A stretch of 64,000 nucleotides of DNA from Patescibacteria group bacterium (GTDB lineage: Bacteria > Patescibacteriota > Minisyncoccia > Phycocordibacterales > JACOZG01): the NCBI GenBank assembly GCA_038065495.1, contig JBBTQW010000002.1, positions 197,373 through 261,372 of the forward strand. The letters are read 5' to 3'. The notes under the pieces were generated by a model. It was not told the DNA's origin. It did no database searches and was given only the letters and a program-made list of their open reading frames with translations. The position numbers and the translations under genes were made by a program. Below are positions 9,674 to 18,732 of the stretch, piece after piece. The first letter of the stretch is position 1, and every line of letters starts with the position of its first letter.

Positions 9674-10062
9674 GATTTATTTAATTTAGCGCGTTTACTA
9701 TTAGCAATATCCAGCGTCTTGGCCACCACCTCGCTTGGCGTGGCTGTGGCTTTGACAATATAACCATCCACGCCCAGCGCCAAGCCCTGATCAATATCTG
9801 CCTGCTGACCCATGTTGGAGAGAATAATCAGCACTGTCTCTGGTGCGAGATTTTTCTCTTTTAATTTGCCGATAAGCTGGAAGCCGTCTAATTTTGGCAT
9901 CAAGATATCGATCAAGAAAACTTCCGGCTTAAGGCCGTTGATCACTTGCTCCAGTGCTTCCTCGCCATCGGTGGCCGTCACAACGTTAAAACCGAGTTCG
10001 GTAAACTTAAGCGAGTACATATCGAGTAAAAATTTGTCGTCGTCAGTAATGAGAATTTGCAT
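9670..10062 (-). CDS. Stand-alone response-regulator receiver domain (CheY/PilH-like)
   Basis: 130 aa. MQILITDDDKFLLD...DILMPKLDGFQL...K gives the acidic pocket DD, the phospho-acceptor Asp in DILMP and the conserved Lys. No output domain. Embedded between pilB and pilT. Confidence 0.85.
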   Translation of the reverse strand: MQILITDDDKFLLDMYSLKFTELGFNVVTATDGEEALEQVINGLKPEVFLIDILMPKLDGFQLIGKLKEKNLAPETVLIILSNMGQQADIDQGLALGVDGYIVKATATPSEVVAKTLDIANSKRAKLNKS

Positions 10063-10075
10063 AAGCTAAATTATA

Positions 10076-11650
10076 TTACAATTTGCTAACTTCTTCAAAA
10101 GGCACTTGGCCAGAAAAGGCTTTCAACAGCGCGTCCTCACGCATGGTGAGGAAACCTTTCTGCCTAGCTAGGCTCGAGATCGCCTCTTCCGTTGGTGTTG
10201 CCAGCATTAGTTGCTCAAACTCGTGATCCATCTCGAGGACTTCGAAGACGGCCACCCGGCCACGCGTGCCCGAGGGGCAAGTGGGCGAGGAATGGGCTCG
10301 GAAAATTTTCTCCGGCACCACAATCTTCTGCCGCGTTACTTCTGGGATCTCCGACATATATTTATCCACTAGCGCTCGCATGCCAGCCTCCAGCGGTATC
10401 GCCTCTTTTGATTCTTCGCACAACGTCGGCACTAATCTCTGCGCGACAGCGAGAATAAGCGTGGCGGCGATCAAATATGGATCCACGCTCATGTCCATCA
10501 GGCGCGGGATTACGCCGGCGGCATTATTTGTGTGAAGAGTAGACAAAACTAAGTGACCAGTCAGAGCCGCCTGGATGGCTAATTTGGCTGTTTCGGAATC
10601 ACGGATTTCGCCAACCATGATGATGTCCGGATCTTGGCGGAGAATACTGCGCAAACCGTTCGCGAAAGTGTAATTAATTTCTGGTCTAACTTGTGACTGA
10701 CTAACGCCCGGGATACTGTACTCAATTGGATCCTCTAGACTGACCACATTATTTTTCTCCCGATCAATCTCGTGGAGCATGGAGTAGAGTGTGGAAGTTT
10801 TACCAGAGCCAGTTGGCCCGGTGATCAAGATCATGCCGTAAGGTCTTTTTAGAGCCCGACGGAAAGTCTCGAGATTACTGTTAGTTAGTCCCAACTGGCC
10901 AAAGTTTAGTAACTGCCGCTCCGGATCCAGAATACGAATCACCACCTTCTCACCATAGTAAGTGGGCATGGTCGAGACACGGAAGTCGATTTTTCTGCCT
11001 TCTACTCGCGCCGAGAAGCGCCCGTCTTGTGGCTTTCTTCTCTCATCTAATTTCATATTAGTGAGAATCTTGATGCGCGCCACCACCGCATCGTGCACGG
11101 TGCTGGGCAGGAACAAGCTGGCATAGAGCGTGCCATCCACGCGGAAGCGCACTTTGATATTATCCGGTGTAGGCTCGATGTGGATATCAGAAGCGTTACC
11201 GGCCGAGGCATGCTGGAGAATAACGGCCACGATCTTGGTGACTGGCGCATCTTCCACAATCTTTACATCTTTCTTTTTGTCACCCACTTGCGCCGCGACT
11301 GGTGTCTGACCTTTTTCCTCATTCTGGATCTCGTAATCCAAGTCTGACAAAGCTTTCGTCACCTGACTCGTCAAGCCCTCGTAACTCTGGATGGCGTGAG
11401 TAAAGTCGTCTTTGGTAATAGAAAATAATTTAAACGGCAAGCCAATCTTAGAAGCAATAAACTGGATCGCATCGCGTGCCTCCAGATTGTTCGGGTCAAT
11501 CATGCCCACTTCCAGCACACCGTCTACCACACCCAGCGGCACAAATTGATAGTAAGTAGCCGAACTCTTGGGCACAAACTTAAGCACTTCGAGAGGGATC
11601 TTATGCCCTTCCTCGATGGTAAATGCGGGAATGTTGGCGCTGGAGTCCAT
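10076..11650 (-). CDS. pilB: Type IV pilus assembly (extension) ATPase PilB/GspE
   Basis: 524 aa. N-terminal GspE_N domain, Walker A GPTGSGKTSTLYSML, and the tetracysteine Zn motif (CPSGTRGRVAVFEV region). Confidence 0.92.
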   Translation of the reverse strand: MDSSANIPAFTIEEGHKIPLEVLKFVPKSSATYYQFVPLGVVDGVLEVGMIDPNNLEARDAIQFIASKIGLPFKLFSITKDDFTHAIQSYEGLTSQVTKALSDLDYEIQNEEKGQTPVAAQVGDKKKDVKIVEDAPVTKIVAVILQHASAGNASDIHIEPTPDNIKVRFRVDGTLYASLFLPSTVHDAVVARIKILTNMKLDERRKPQDGRFSARVEGRKIDFRVSTMPTYYGEKVVIRILDPERQLLNFGQLGLTNSNLETFRRALKRPYGMILITGPTGSGKTSTLYSMLHEIDREKNNVVSLEDPIEYSIPGVSQSQVRPEINYTFANGLRSILRQDPDIIMVGEIRDSETAKLAIQAALTGHLVLSTLHTNNAAGVIPRLMDMSVDPYLIAATLILAVAQRLVPTLCEESKEAIPLEAGMRALVDKYMSEIPEVTRQKIVVPEKIFRAHSSPTCPSGTRGRVAVFEVLEMDHEFEQLMLATPTEEAISSLARQKGFLTMREDALLKAFSGQVPFEEVSKL

Positions 11651-11670
11651 TATTTATTTAATTTTTAATT

Positions 11671-12105
11671 CTAATTACCACGCAGACTGTCTAAGCTTGA
11701 GCCAGTGCTCTTGCTAGAAGTGGCAGAAGAAGTAGAAGTCGCTACTCTATTGTTATTGCTAGAACTGATAGTGCTAAAGTTGACTGGCGCAAAAGGGTTA
11801 GGCCGGCCAGGCGTCTGATCGGGCAACACAATTGTTGACTCTTGCAGGTCTTGGAAGACGGGGTTAGAGAAAACTTCGCCACGCAAGTTGAGCTCTTTGA
11901 GGCCCGTGAGTGTGGCGAGGAACTCGTCTGCTGCGCTCCCTTCGGCCGTATCACTAGCAAAGCCGGCCGCAGTGAGGCCAGCTTCTTCGCCACCAGTCAC
12001 ATCAGTCGCATCGCCACCGCCCATCAAGAACTTGTAGCCAAAGAAGAGCAAGACGAGCACTACCGCGGCGATGAGAAGATTGAAAATTATTTTACTGCCA
12101 GTCAT
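11671..12105 (-). CDS. Hypothetical membrane-anchored Ser/Thr-rich protein (possible PilP analog)
   Basis: 144 aa. N-terminal transmembrane helix, then a low-complexity acidic/Ser-rich region. Position between pilO and pilB matches where pilP sits in pilMNOP(Q) clusters. Assigned by position only. Confidence 0.35.
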   Translation of the reverse strand: MTGSKIIFNLLIAAVVLVLLFFGYKFLMGGGDATDVTGGEEAGLTAAGFASDTAEGSAADEFLATLTGLKELNLRGEVFSNPVFQDLQESTIVLPDQTPGRPNPFAPVNFSTISSSNNNRVATSTSSATSSKSTGSSLDSLRGN

Positions 12106-12142
12106 ATTTATTTTTTTTTATTTTATACTATTTTTTGCTAAA

Positions 12143-12685
12143 TTATTTCAGCCAATAAGTCTGAATCTCCACGTTATAATCATAAAAGTTTTTCTCGTTC
12201 GAGCTAAACGAGGCAGAGGTCACGTCGACCAAGCGCAAACTGCGCGCCAAGCGTTGCAAGAAATCTCCGAAGTTTGTGTAGGCCCCCGAGACGGAGAAGC
12301 CCAGCGTCACGGCGCCCTTCTTCTGTCCACTTTCGGCAATCACCTCTTTGCCCGACTGACCCTCCTCCGTCTTGATCTTCACATTCCGGATACTCATGCC
12401 GCTAGCGCGCGCGATATTATTGATATCAATAATCAACTTCACGTTATCCACATTGTCTGGCAACAGCTTGTTTAATCTATCTAAGTCAGTAGCCAGAAAG
12501 TCATTAGAAGTTTTGATTAAACTATCACGCACCTCTTTTAGTTTTCTGGCGTTCGCTAGACCTTCTTCTAATCGCACTTTCTCAACTCTTAGGGTGTTGA
12601 TATCGGCGAGTAGTGGCTTAGTTAAGAAGAAGAACATGGCTGCAGCAGCGACGATCATGGCAAATGGCAAAATAAATCTAGTCAT
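12143..12685 (-). CDS. pilO: Type IV pilus inner-membrane component PilO
   Basis: 180 aa. N-terminal transmembrane helix, coiled-coil (LRVEKVRLEEGLANARKLKE), periplasmic domain. Order is pilM-pilN-pilO. Confidence 0.7.
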   Translation of the reverse strand: MTRFILPFAMIVAAAAMFFFLTKPLLADINTLRVEKVRLEEGLANARKLKEVRDSLIKTSNDFLATDLDRLNKLLPDNVDNVKLIIDINNIARASGMSIRNVKIKTEEGQSGKEVIAESGQKKGAVTLGFSVSGAYTNFGDFLQRLARSLRLVDVTSASFSSNEKNFYDYNVEIQTYWLK

Positions 12686-12702
12686 GTTTTTATTTTAAAA
12701 AA

Positions 12703-13356
12703 TTATGGCGTAGTTGGCGAAGCGATGGTATTAGGATTAGCCGATAAAGTGCGCGAGTAAGAAGTGACTTCTGGTTCAACATTTAAGACTAACTTAAAGA
12801 TCACGTTACCAAAGCCGTCGAGATCCAGATCAGAAAAGATAAAGCTCTTGATCCGCCCTTGATCCCGAGCGAAAATTTGCGTCTGCACCGCAATATCCTC
12901 ATAGCTCGAGGCGCGGCCCTCAATTGTGGCGGCATCAGCCACGAGCGAGAAGCGAGTGTAATACACAGACGGCAGAGTCAACTCTTCCAGCATGGTAAAG
13001 ACCGGCAAGAGTGTACGATGCGTATTTGCCAAGTCCTGGCCAATCAATAACTTGTCATTCAATCTCTTCAAGTAAATAGTTGTAGCTTGATCGAGATCTT
13101 GCCGGGCCCGCGTAATGCTAGCCTGCAAGCCACAAGATTGCGCACCAATGCCGGCGAGACTGGAATCTGTGCAGGGCGCGTTAATTGAGCGGTCGAGCAA
13201 GCGCTTGTAAGCATAAGTACCGCCCCACAAGGCAAAAGCAAGAATGAACACCAGAACGCTCACCACAGTGGTGAGACTAACGGTATGTGGAATCACTTCG
13301 GTATTCCGCGAGAGAACCGATTTGGGAATAAAAGATGTTTGGGTGTCTTTATCCAT
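12703..13356 (-). CDS. pilN: Type IV pilus inner-membrane component PilN
   Basis: 217 aa. Short cytoplasmic N-terminus, single transmembrane helix (LTTVVSVLVFILAFALWGG), periplasmic domain. Immediately downstream of pilM. Confidence 0.65.
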   Translation of the reverse strand: MDKDTQTSFIPKSVLSRNTEVIPHTVSLTTVVSVLVFILAFALWGGTYAYKRLLDRSINAPCTDSSLAGIGAQSCGLQASITRARQDLDQATTIYLKRLNDKLLIGQDLANTHRTLLPVFTMLEELTLPSVYYTRFSLVADAATIEGRASSYEDIAVQTQIFARDQGRIKSFIFSDLDLDGFGNVIFKLVLNVEPEVTSYSRTLSANPNTIASPTTP

Positions 13357-13398
13357 ATTCTATGTTCTATATTATTTGCTCACTATAATTAAATCACA

Positions 13399-14511
13399 TT
13401 AACCCAAGTTCTGTAAGTGCCTAAGTGCTAAACCAATCGCCACGGCAAAGCCCGGACCCGCTTCTGAGAGCACATTATCTAAGAAAGCTGGGGCTTCGAC
13501 TTTATTAAACGGCTTGCCGAGCACTACGGGAATCTCAAAGTTCTTGGCTGCGACTTCAAATAACCCTTTTAAGAGTGAGCCACCACCAATCAAGATAATC
13601 CGGCTCACAGACTTTTTCTGCTTCGCCTGATAATCCAGAATTATCTTGTTCGCCTCGGAGAAAATATATTCCACCAGGCCATTTACCGTTGCCGAGACGC
13701 CCTCGCCGGTCAAGCGCTCCGACAAGCCAACCGTGCGCTTGATTTCTTCAGCCTTCGCAAAATCTACTCCCAGTGTGCGCGCTAGCGCCACGGTAATATC
13801 TTGCGAGCCTTTGTGGATCGTGTGCGACACACGCACAATCCCGTAATCCAAGATCGCCATCTTGGTACTACCCGCGCCAATATCCATAATCGCCGTTGGT
13901 GCCATCTCGCCCGAGAAGACAGATCTGATAGAGCTAAATGTTTCTATTTCAAAGAAGCTCGGCTGCACACCCACGCGCGTGGCCAGGTCTTGATACTGGC
14001 TGATCACGCCTTTATGAATCGCGGCGACTAAAACTTCCAGTTTGTTCGGCGGCGGTTGGTCGGGATTGATTTCTTGATTTGGGATCTGCCACCAATCTAT
14101 CGCCACTTCGCCAATCGGCACCGGGATATACTTGCGCGCTTCTATCGGTACCACTTTGGGCAAAGCGCTCTCACTGACTTTCGGAATGTCTATTATTACG
14201 AGCAAACTAGACGCTAAGGGAATTGCTAGCGAGGCAGCGGTAGTGGTGGTGTTCGCTTCGCGAAAGAGGTCTTTCAATGCTTCGGCTTGCTTGTCGGGCG
14301 GGAGCACGACCGCTTGCCCCACCGCCATATTGCGGTAGGGCCCAGTGGCGATCTCACCATATGTCTCTAGCACGGCGCGACCACGCTCTTTGCGCAGTTG
14401 GACAATCTTGATCGACGAAGCGCCGATATCAATGCCTAGCACCTTGTCGCTTTTCTTTTGCCAAAGAGCAAACTTGGTGAAATCAAGAAACTTCTCCAGC
14501 GGATTAGCCAT
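13399..14511 (-). CDS. pilM: Type IV pilus assembly ATPase-like protein PilM (actin/FtsA fold)
   Basis: 370 aa. LGIDIGASSIKIVQL is the actin-like phosphate-1 motif. MDIGAGSTKMAI and IILIGGGSLLKGL are the phosphate-2 and adenosine motifs. Confidence 0.88.
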   Translation of the reverse strand: MANPLEKFLDFTKFALWQKKSDKVLGIDIGASSIKIVQLRKERGRAVLETYGEIATGPYRNMAVGQAVVLPPDKQAEALKDLFREANTTTTAASLAIPLASSLLVIIDIPKVSESALPKVVPIEARKYIPVPIGEVAIDWWQIPNQEINPDQPPPNKLEVLVAAIHKGVISQYQDLATRVGVQPSFFEIETFSSIRSVFSGEMAPTAIMDIGAGSTKMAILDYGIVRVSHTIHKGSQDITVALARTLGVDFAKAEEIKRTVGLSERLTGEGVSATVNGLVEYIFSEANKIILDYQAKQKKSVSRIILIGGGSLLKGLFEVAAKNFEIPVVLGKPFNKVEAPAFLDNVLSEAGPGFAVAIGLALRHLQNLG

Positions 14512-14545
14512 TATTTTTTCTCCAGAATATTATATCATAAACAGA

Positions 14546-15208
14546 ATGCCAAAAATCAACTGGCGGGAACACTTATCCACAATCTTAGATTTAATTTTCC
14601 CGCCCACTTGCTTGGCGTGTAAAAAATCTGGCAGTTACTTGTGCGCAAACTGCGTAAAATTATTACCGGCGGCTAATAAAACAGCAGAAAATTATTCAGC
14701 AATATTTGCTTATCAACATCCAGTTGTTAAACACGCAATTCACCTACTCAAATATCGCGGTGGGAAAATTCTCGCACGCGATCTCGCAAAATTACTTCAT
14801 CAGCATTTAAATTTAGAGCAAAATAGCGAGAAATTTCTCGTCATTCCCATTCCCTCTTCCAAAAATCGTGAGAAAAAGCGCGGTTACAATCAAGCAAGAG
14901 AATTAGCGCGGGAATTAGTAAAGTTAGCGCCAGAGAAACTAGAGCTGGGTGAAAATATTTTAGTGAAAGTTAAAGATACAGTCAGTCAGGTCAAAACTAA
15001 AAGCAAAACAGAGAGATTAGAAAATCTACGCGACGCTTTTGCGATTTTAGAAAATCAGAATCAAATCATGCGCGAAAAAATTACTAACCAGCAAATTATT
15101 TTACTCGACGATGTCATCACCACCGGCGCCACGATGAACGAGGCCAGAAAAGTTTTGATAGAAGCCGGCACGAGAAATGTTTTAGCATTGGCCCTCGCGC
15201 GGGGTTAA
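14546..15208 (+). CDS. comF: ComF family competence protein (phosphoribosyltransferase domain, ComFC/GntX)
   Basis: Start trimmed to MPKINWREH (the upstream part of the ORF is antisense to pilM). N-terminal Zn finger CLAC...CANC. C-terminal PRTase motif IILLDDVITTGATMNEA. Confidence 0.85.
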   Translation: MPKINWREHLSTILDLIFPPTCLACKKSGSYLCANCVKLLPAANKTAENYSAIFAYQHPVVKHAIHLLKYRGGKILARDLAKLLHQHLNLEQNSEKFLVIPIPSSKNREKKRGYNQARELARELVKLAPEKLELGENILVKVKDTVSQVKTKSKTERLENLRDAFAILENQNQIMREKITNQQIILLDDVITTGATMNEARKVLIEAGTRNVLALALARG

Positions 15209-15238
15209 CGCAAGTAGAGATTTTTTAGACAAAAAAAC

Positions 15239-15580
15239 CTAGAAGTTGCAGCCCGCTTGCTCGCCATAATGGACGAAAGTATCAGGATTGCTCCCGACGC
15301 ACGAAGCATAAACCACCTGTCCCCACAATTGGCAACAATACAACGCGTGAGGGTCGTTGGTGTACAAACGCTCACAAATATTATCTAGTGGCTTTACAAT
15401 TGCGAGACAGTCTCTACGAACCACGGAGACAATCGCCGTGTTATTGTTGCCATCAGCGGCGTCGAAGGTCATTGGTTGCGTTGGCACTCTCGGTTGATAA
15501 TTATTAACCATCACCACCGTGGCCAGCACCAGCGAGCCAACGGCAATCCAGAGCACAGGTAAAGAAAGATCGTTTTTCAT
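15239..15580 (-). CDS. Small secreted cysteine-rich hypothetical protein
   Basis: 113 aa. Signal-peptide/transmembrane N-terminus (LPVLWIAVGSLVLATVVMV) and 7 Cys in the mature part. Confidence 0.45.
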   Translation of the reverse strand: MKNDLSLPVLWIAVGSLVLATVVMVNNYQPRVPTQPMTFDAADGNNNTAIVSVVRRDCLAIVKPLDNICERLYTNDPHALYCCQLWGQVVYASCVGSNPDTFVHYGEQAGCNF

Positions 15581-15633
15581 AACCTCCAGTATAGCAATCT
15601 CGCCAGAAATGTGATAGTTTATTGGGGATAATT

Positions 15634-15718
15634 GGAGACGTGGCTGAGTGGTCGAAAGCGCCTCACTGCTAACGAGGTAGGGGTCACACCCTCACAGGTT
15701 CGAATCCTGTCGTCTCCG
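15634..15718 (+). tRNA. tRNA-Ser (anticodon GCU)
   Basis: 85 nt with a long variable arm. Acceptor stem GGAGACG/CGTCTCC, anticodon loop CU-GCU-AA, T-loop GGTTCGAATCC. CCA is not encoded. Confidence 0.88.
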
Positions 15719-15722
15719 CATC

Positions 15723-17006
15723 GTGCCAATCTTTAAGTATCTCCGTCATCCGCAAGAATTTGCCACCTCGCTCAAGGTGGGACTTTTTCTCGCTCTGCGC
15801 GATATCCGCCGGGCCAGCTTCTGGACCACGGGCTTGATTATCGTGGTGATGACGCTCACTTTTCTCAATCTTGTTGTTGTCTCGGGAATTTTGGTTGGTT
15901 TAATTGAAGGCGCAACAGAGGCAGTGCAAGAAAGATATTTAGGCGATATTTTTATTTCCACCCTTCCTCAACGCCCATACATTGATCAAACGCCGACTTT
16001 GCTCAAGAGTATCGAGAACTTGCCAGGCATTGCGGCCATTTCGACGCGTTATACTACTAGTGGCAAATTAGAAGCCAACTGGAAAGTCTCACGGCCACCA
16101 AGCAATTTGCCGGAAGAAGTTGGCACCACGATCGCCGGCATTGACCCAATTGCGGAAGATCAAGTGGGTGGCTTATCCGAGCGGATTATCGAAGGCGAAT
16201 ATCTCACCGCTGATGATTATAACGAAGTGATGTTGGGAGCGATGTTGCTAGACAGATATCTCGGCTTTGACAGTGTCTCTTTTCCATCACTAAAAAATGT
16301 GCAAATTGGCGACAAGATTCGCGTCACTATCGGCGAGACGGCGCACGAAGTACGCGTCAAAGGCATTTTGCGCAGTAAAGTTGATGAGATAGATAGACGC
16401 GTATTCTTCAACGCCGCACAACTGCGTGGGATTATCGGCCGGTATGATTATAATGCGGATGAAATCGCGGTGAAGTTGCAAGACGGCTTTGATCCACTTG
16501 AAGTAAAACGCGCGATGCTCGCTCGCGGCGTGGATAAATATGCCAAAGTGCAGACCGCCGAAGAGGGCGAGCCAAAGTTTATCAAAGACCTCAAACAAAC
16601 TTTTGCTTTATTGGGTAATGCCATCGGCTCTATCGGACTGGTTGTGGCTTCGATCACCATTTTCATCGTCATTTTCGTCAACGCGATCACCCGCCGGCGG
16701 CAAATTGGGATTATGAAAGGGATTGGCGTTACCGGCACAGCCATTGAGTTCTCGTATATTCTCCAGTCACTTTTTTATGCTGTCTCCGGTATGTTGCTCG
16801 GCTCGGTTGTGGTCTTCTTTGTGCTCAAGCCATATTTTACGTCTTATCCCATCAACTTTCCCTTTTCTGACGGCATTCTCGTCGCAACGGTGAGTGGCAC
16901 CGCGATCCGCGGTGGTGTACTCTTTATCGCCACCATGATCGCCGGTTTCATTCCGGCCAGAATAGTCGTAAAGCAAAATACTCTTGATGCCATTCTTGGC
17001 AGATAA
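15723..17006 (+). CDS. ABC transporter permease, FtsX/MacB/LolE-like
   Basis: 427 aa. N-terminal transmembrane helix, large periplasmic domain, then three C-terminal transmembrane helices (FtsX fold). Followed 7 nt later by a MacB/LolD-type ATPase. Confidence 0.8.
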   Translation: MPIFKYLRHPQEFATSLKVGLFLALRDIRRASFWTTGLIIVVMTLTFLNLVVVSGILVGLIEGATEAVQERYLGDIFISTLPQRPYIDQTPTLLKSIENLPGIAAISTRYTTSGKLEANWKVSRPPSNLPEEVGTTIAGIDPIAEDQVGGLSERIIEGEYLTADDYNEVMLGAMLLDRYLGFDSVSFPSLKNVQIGDKIRVTIGETAHEVRVKGILRSKVDEIDRRVFFNAAQLRGIIGRYDYNADEIAVKLQDGFDPLEVKRAMLARGVDKYAKVQTAEEGEPKFIKDLKQTFALLGNAIGSIGLVVASITIFIVIFVNAITRRRQIGIMKGIGVTGTAIEFSYILQSLFYAVSGMLLGSVVVFFVLKPYFTSYPINFPFSDGILVATVSGTAIRGGVLFIATMIAGFIPARIVVKQNTLDAILGR

Positions 17007-17012
17007 AACATC

Positions 17013-17675
17013 ATGCTAACTGCAAAAAATTTAACCAAAAAGTTTGAGAGTGGCACGAGCGAACTGATCGCGCTTAATAATGTGAGCATTAGCGTCCAAG
17101 AAGGCGAATTTGTGGCGATTACTGGCAAGAGCGGCTCCGGCAAATCCACTCTGCTTTATCAGCTCGGCTTGCTAGATAAACCCACGAGTGGCGAGATTTT
17201 CTTGAACAACAAAAATGTCACCAATATTGATGATGATGCCAGGACCAGAATTAGATTAAGAGAATTGGGTTACGTCTTCCAAGACTATGCCACGCTGCCC
17301 GCTCTGACTGCTCTAGAAAATGTAATGTTGCCACTCCTGATGCTGGGTGAAGATAAAGCCCAAGCTACCAAGCTCGCCACCAAAGCGCTAGAAAGTGTGG
17401 GCCTGGGTCCGCGGCTCCACAATCTACCCAGCCAGCTCTCCGGCGGCGAGCAACAGCGCGTCTCCATCGCACGCGCGATTGGCCACGATCCGGCCATCCT
17501 CTTTGCCGACGAACCAACCGCCAACCTCGATAGCGCCACCTCGCAGATGGTCCTGGACGCCTTCCTCGAGCTCCACCGCGACGGCCAGACGATCATTATG
17601 GTCACCCATGAGCCAGAATATGCCAAACTAGCGAACAGAGTGATCCATCTCACGGACGGACAGATCACGGTTTAA
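17013..17675 (+). CDS. ABC transporter ATP-binding protein (LolD/MacB-type)
   Basis: 220 aa. Walker A GKSGSGKST, signature LSGGEQQRVSIARA, Walker B ILFADEPT, H-loop. Confidence 0.92.
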   Translation: MLTAKNLTKKFESGTSELIALNNVSISVQEGEFVAITGKSGSGKSTLLYQLGLLDKPTSGEIFLNNKNVTNIDDDARTRIRLRELGYVFQDYATLPALTALENVMLPLLMLGEDKAQATKLATKALESVGLGPRLHNLPSQLSGGEQQRVSIARAIGHDPAILFADEPTANLDSATSQMVLDAFLELHRDGQTIIMVTHEPEYAKLANRVIHLTDGQITV

Positions 17676-17727
17676 AATAAGCCTAACTAGAGCCATATTT
17701 TGGCTTTTTTCACTAAAACAGTGTAAA

Positions 17728-17824
17728 AACACTTGACAAATAGATTTGATAGGAGTATAATGGGGGTTGGATGGTGCTATGTGGCACTTTGACAACAATG
17801 TTTCGTTTTACAGGAGAATCAGCC
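17728..17824 (+). promoter_or_regulatory. Consensus sigma70 promoter (TTGACA-N17-TATAAT) plus ~65-nt leader; copy 1 of a duplicated promoter-leader module
   Basis: TTGACA at 17733-17738, 17-nt spacer, TATAAT at 17756-17761. The leader GGGGGTTGGATGGTGCTATGTGGCACTTTGACAA is ~90% identical to the reverse complement of 29567-29675. An AGGAG ribosome-binding site precedes the ATG at 17825. Confidence 0.7.
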
Positions 17825-18007
17825 ATGACTTATTTTTTACTCTTCGCCGCGTCAGCTTTTGGATCGGGATTTAATGCCTATTGCTACGCTCTGGACCCAA
17901 GTACCAAAATTGCACCGTTCAACTTGGGCCTTGCCGTAATGTGCTTCCTCGCCGCTGTCCTTTTTGCCATACCCGCAGGCAAACGGCTTACTCAAGAGCA
18001 TTCTTGA
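17825..18007 (+). CDS. Small hydrophobic membrane protein (hypothetical, 60 aa)
   Basis: MTYFLLFAASAFGSGF...LAVMCFLAAVLFAIPAG predicts two transmembrane helices. RBS caggagaa 6 nt upstream. The ORF-track start at 17771 falls inside the conserved leader and is unlikely. Confidence 0.5.
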   Translation: MTYFLLFAASAFGSGFNAYCYALDPSTKIAPFNLGLAVMCFLAAVLFAIPAGKRLTQEHS

Positions 18008-18037
18008 TAGATGCGTTGCTGACTAAAATACCGAGGC

Positions 18038-18070
18038 CCCGATGCGTTCGCGCATTGGGACTTTTTTCTT
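18038..18070 (+). terminator. Intrinsic terminator (cccgatgcg-ttcg-cgcattggg + T-run)
   Basis: GC hairpin with a UUCG loop followed by acttttttctt. Sits after the small membrane-protein gene. Confidence 0.6.
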
Positions 18071-18114
18071 CCGCCCAAGGCAAACAAGTTACCTAAAAAT
18101 GCTAAACTAAGCTG

Positions 18115-18726
18115 ATGTTAATTAACTCTAATTTCCAGCCGAAACGGGAGAAAAACGACAGACTGCCACCCGGGCAATATGAGACACGCGACTTCCCTGT
18201 TTTATCACTCGGCCCCACGCCGGATGTTAAAAAAGAAAGCTGGAATTTGCGCGTTTTTGGTTTGGTGGAAAGTGAGAAAACTTGGAACTGGGAAGATTTT
18301 AATAAATTGCCAAAAATTGATTGGCAGAAGGACATTCACTGTGTCACTAAATGGTCGAAATTTGATACAAGATGGTCTGGAGTAATGCTAGACGAGATTA
18401 TGAATCCGCCAGCTGGCGGAGTAAAAGTCAGTGACACGGCCACGCACTTGATTGCTTATTCGCATGATGGCTACACTACTAATCTGCCAATTGAGGATAT
18501 TAGAGACGGTAAAGCAATGATCGCGGTGAGTTATGACGGCGCTGAGATTGAAGCCGAACATGGCGGACCGGTGCGATTACTCGTCCCCCATCTCTACTTC
18601 TGGAAAAGCGCGAAGTGGCTGAAGGCGTTGGAATTTGTGACGGGTGACAAACCGGGATTCTGGGAGACGCGCGGTTATCACAATTACGGCGATCCGTGGC
18701 AAGAAGAGAGATATAGTTTTGATTAG
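18115..18726 (+). CDS. Sulfite-oxidase-family molybdopterin oxidoreductase (MsrP/YedY-like catalytic domain)
   Basis: 203 aa. The HCVTKWSKFDTRWSGV motif carries the Mo-ligand Cys of the Oxidored_molyb family. Length matches the short 'sulfite oxidase-like oxidoreductase' proteins that are paired with an FNR-like partner. Confidence 0.75.
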   Translation: MLINSNFQPKREKNDRLPPGQYETRDFPVLSLGPTPDVKKESWNLRVFGLVESEKTWNWEDFNKLPKIDWQKDIHCVTKWSKFDTRWSGVMLDEIMNPPAGGVKVSDTATHLIAYSHDGYTTNLPIEDIRDGKAMIAVSYDGAEIEAEHGGPVRLLVPHLYFWKSAKWLKALEFVTGDKPGFWETRGYHNYGDPWQEERYSFD

Positions 18727-18732
18727 AAAATC

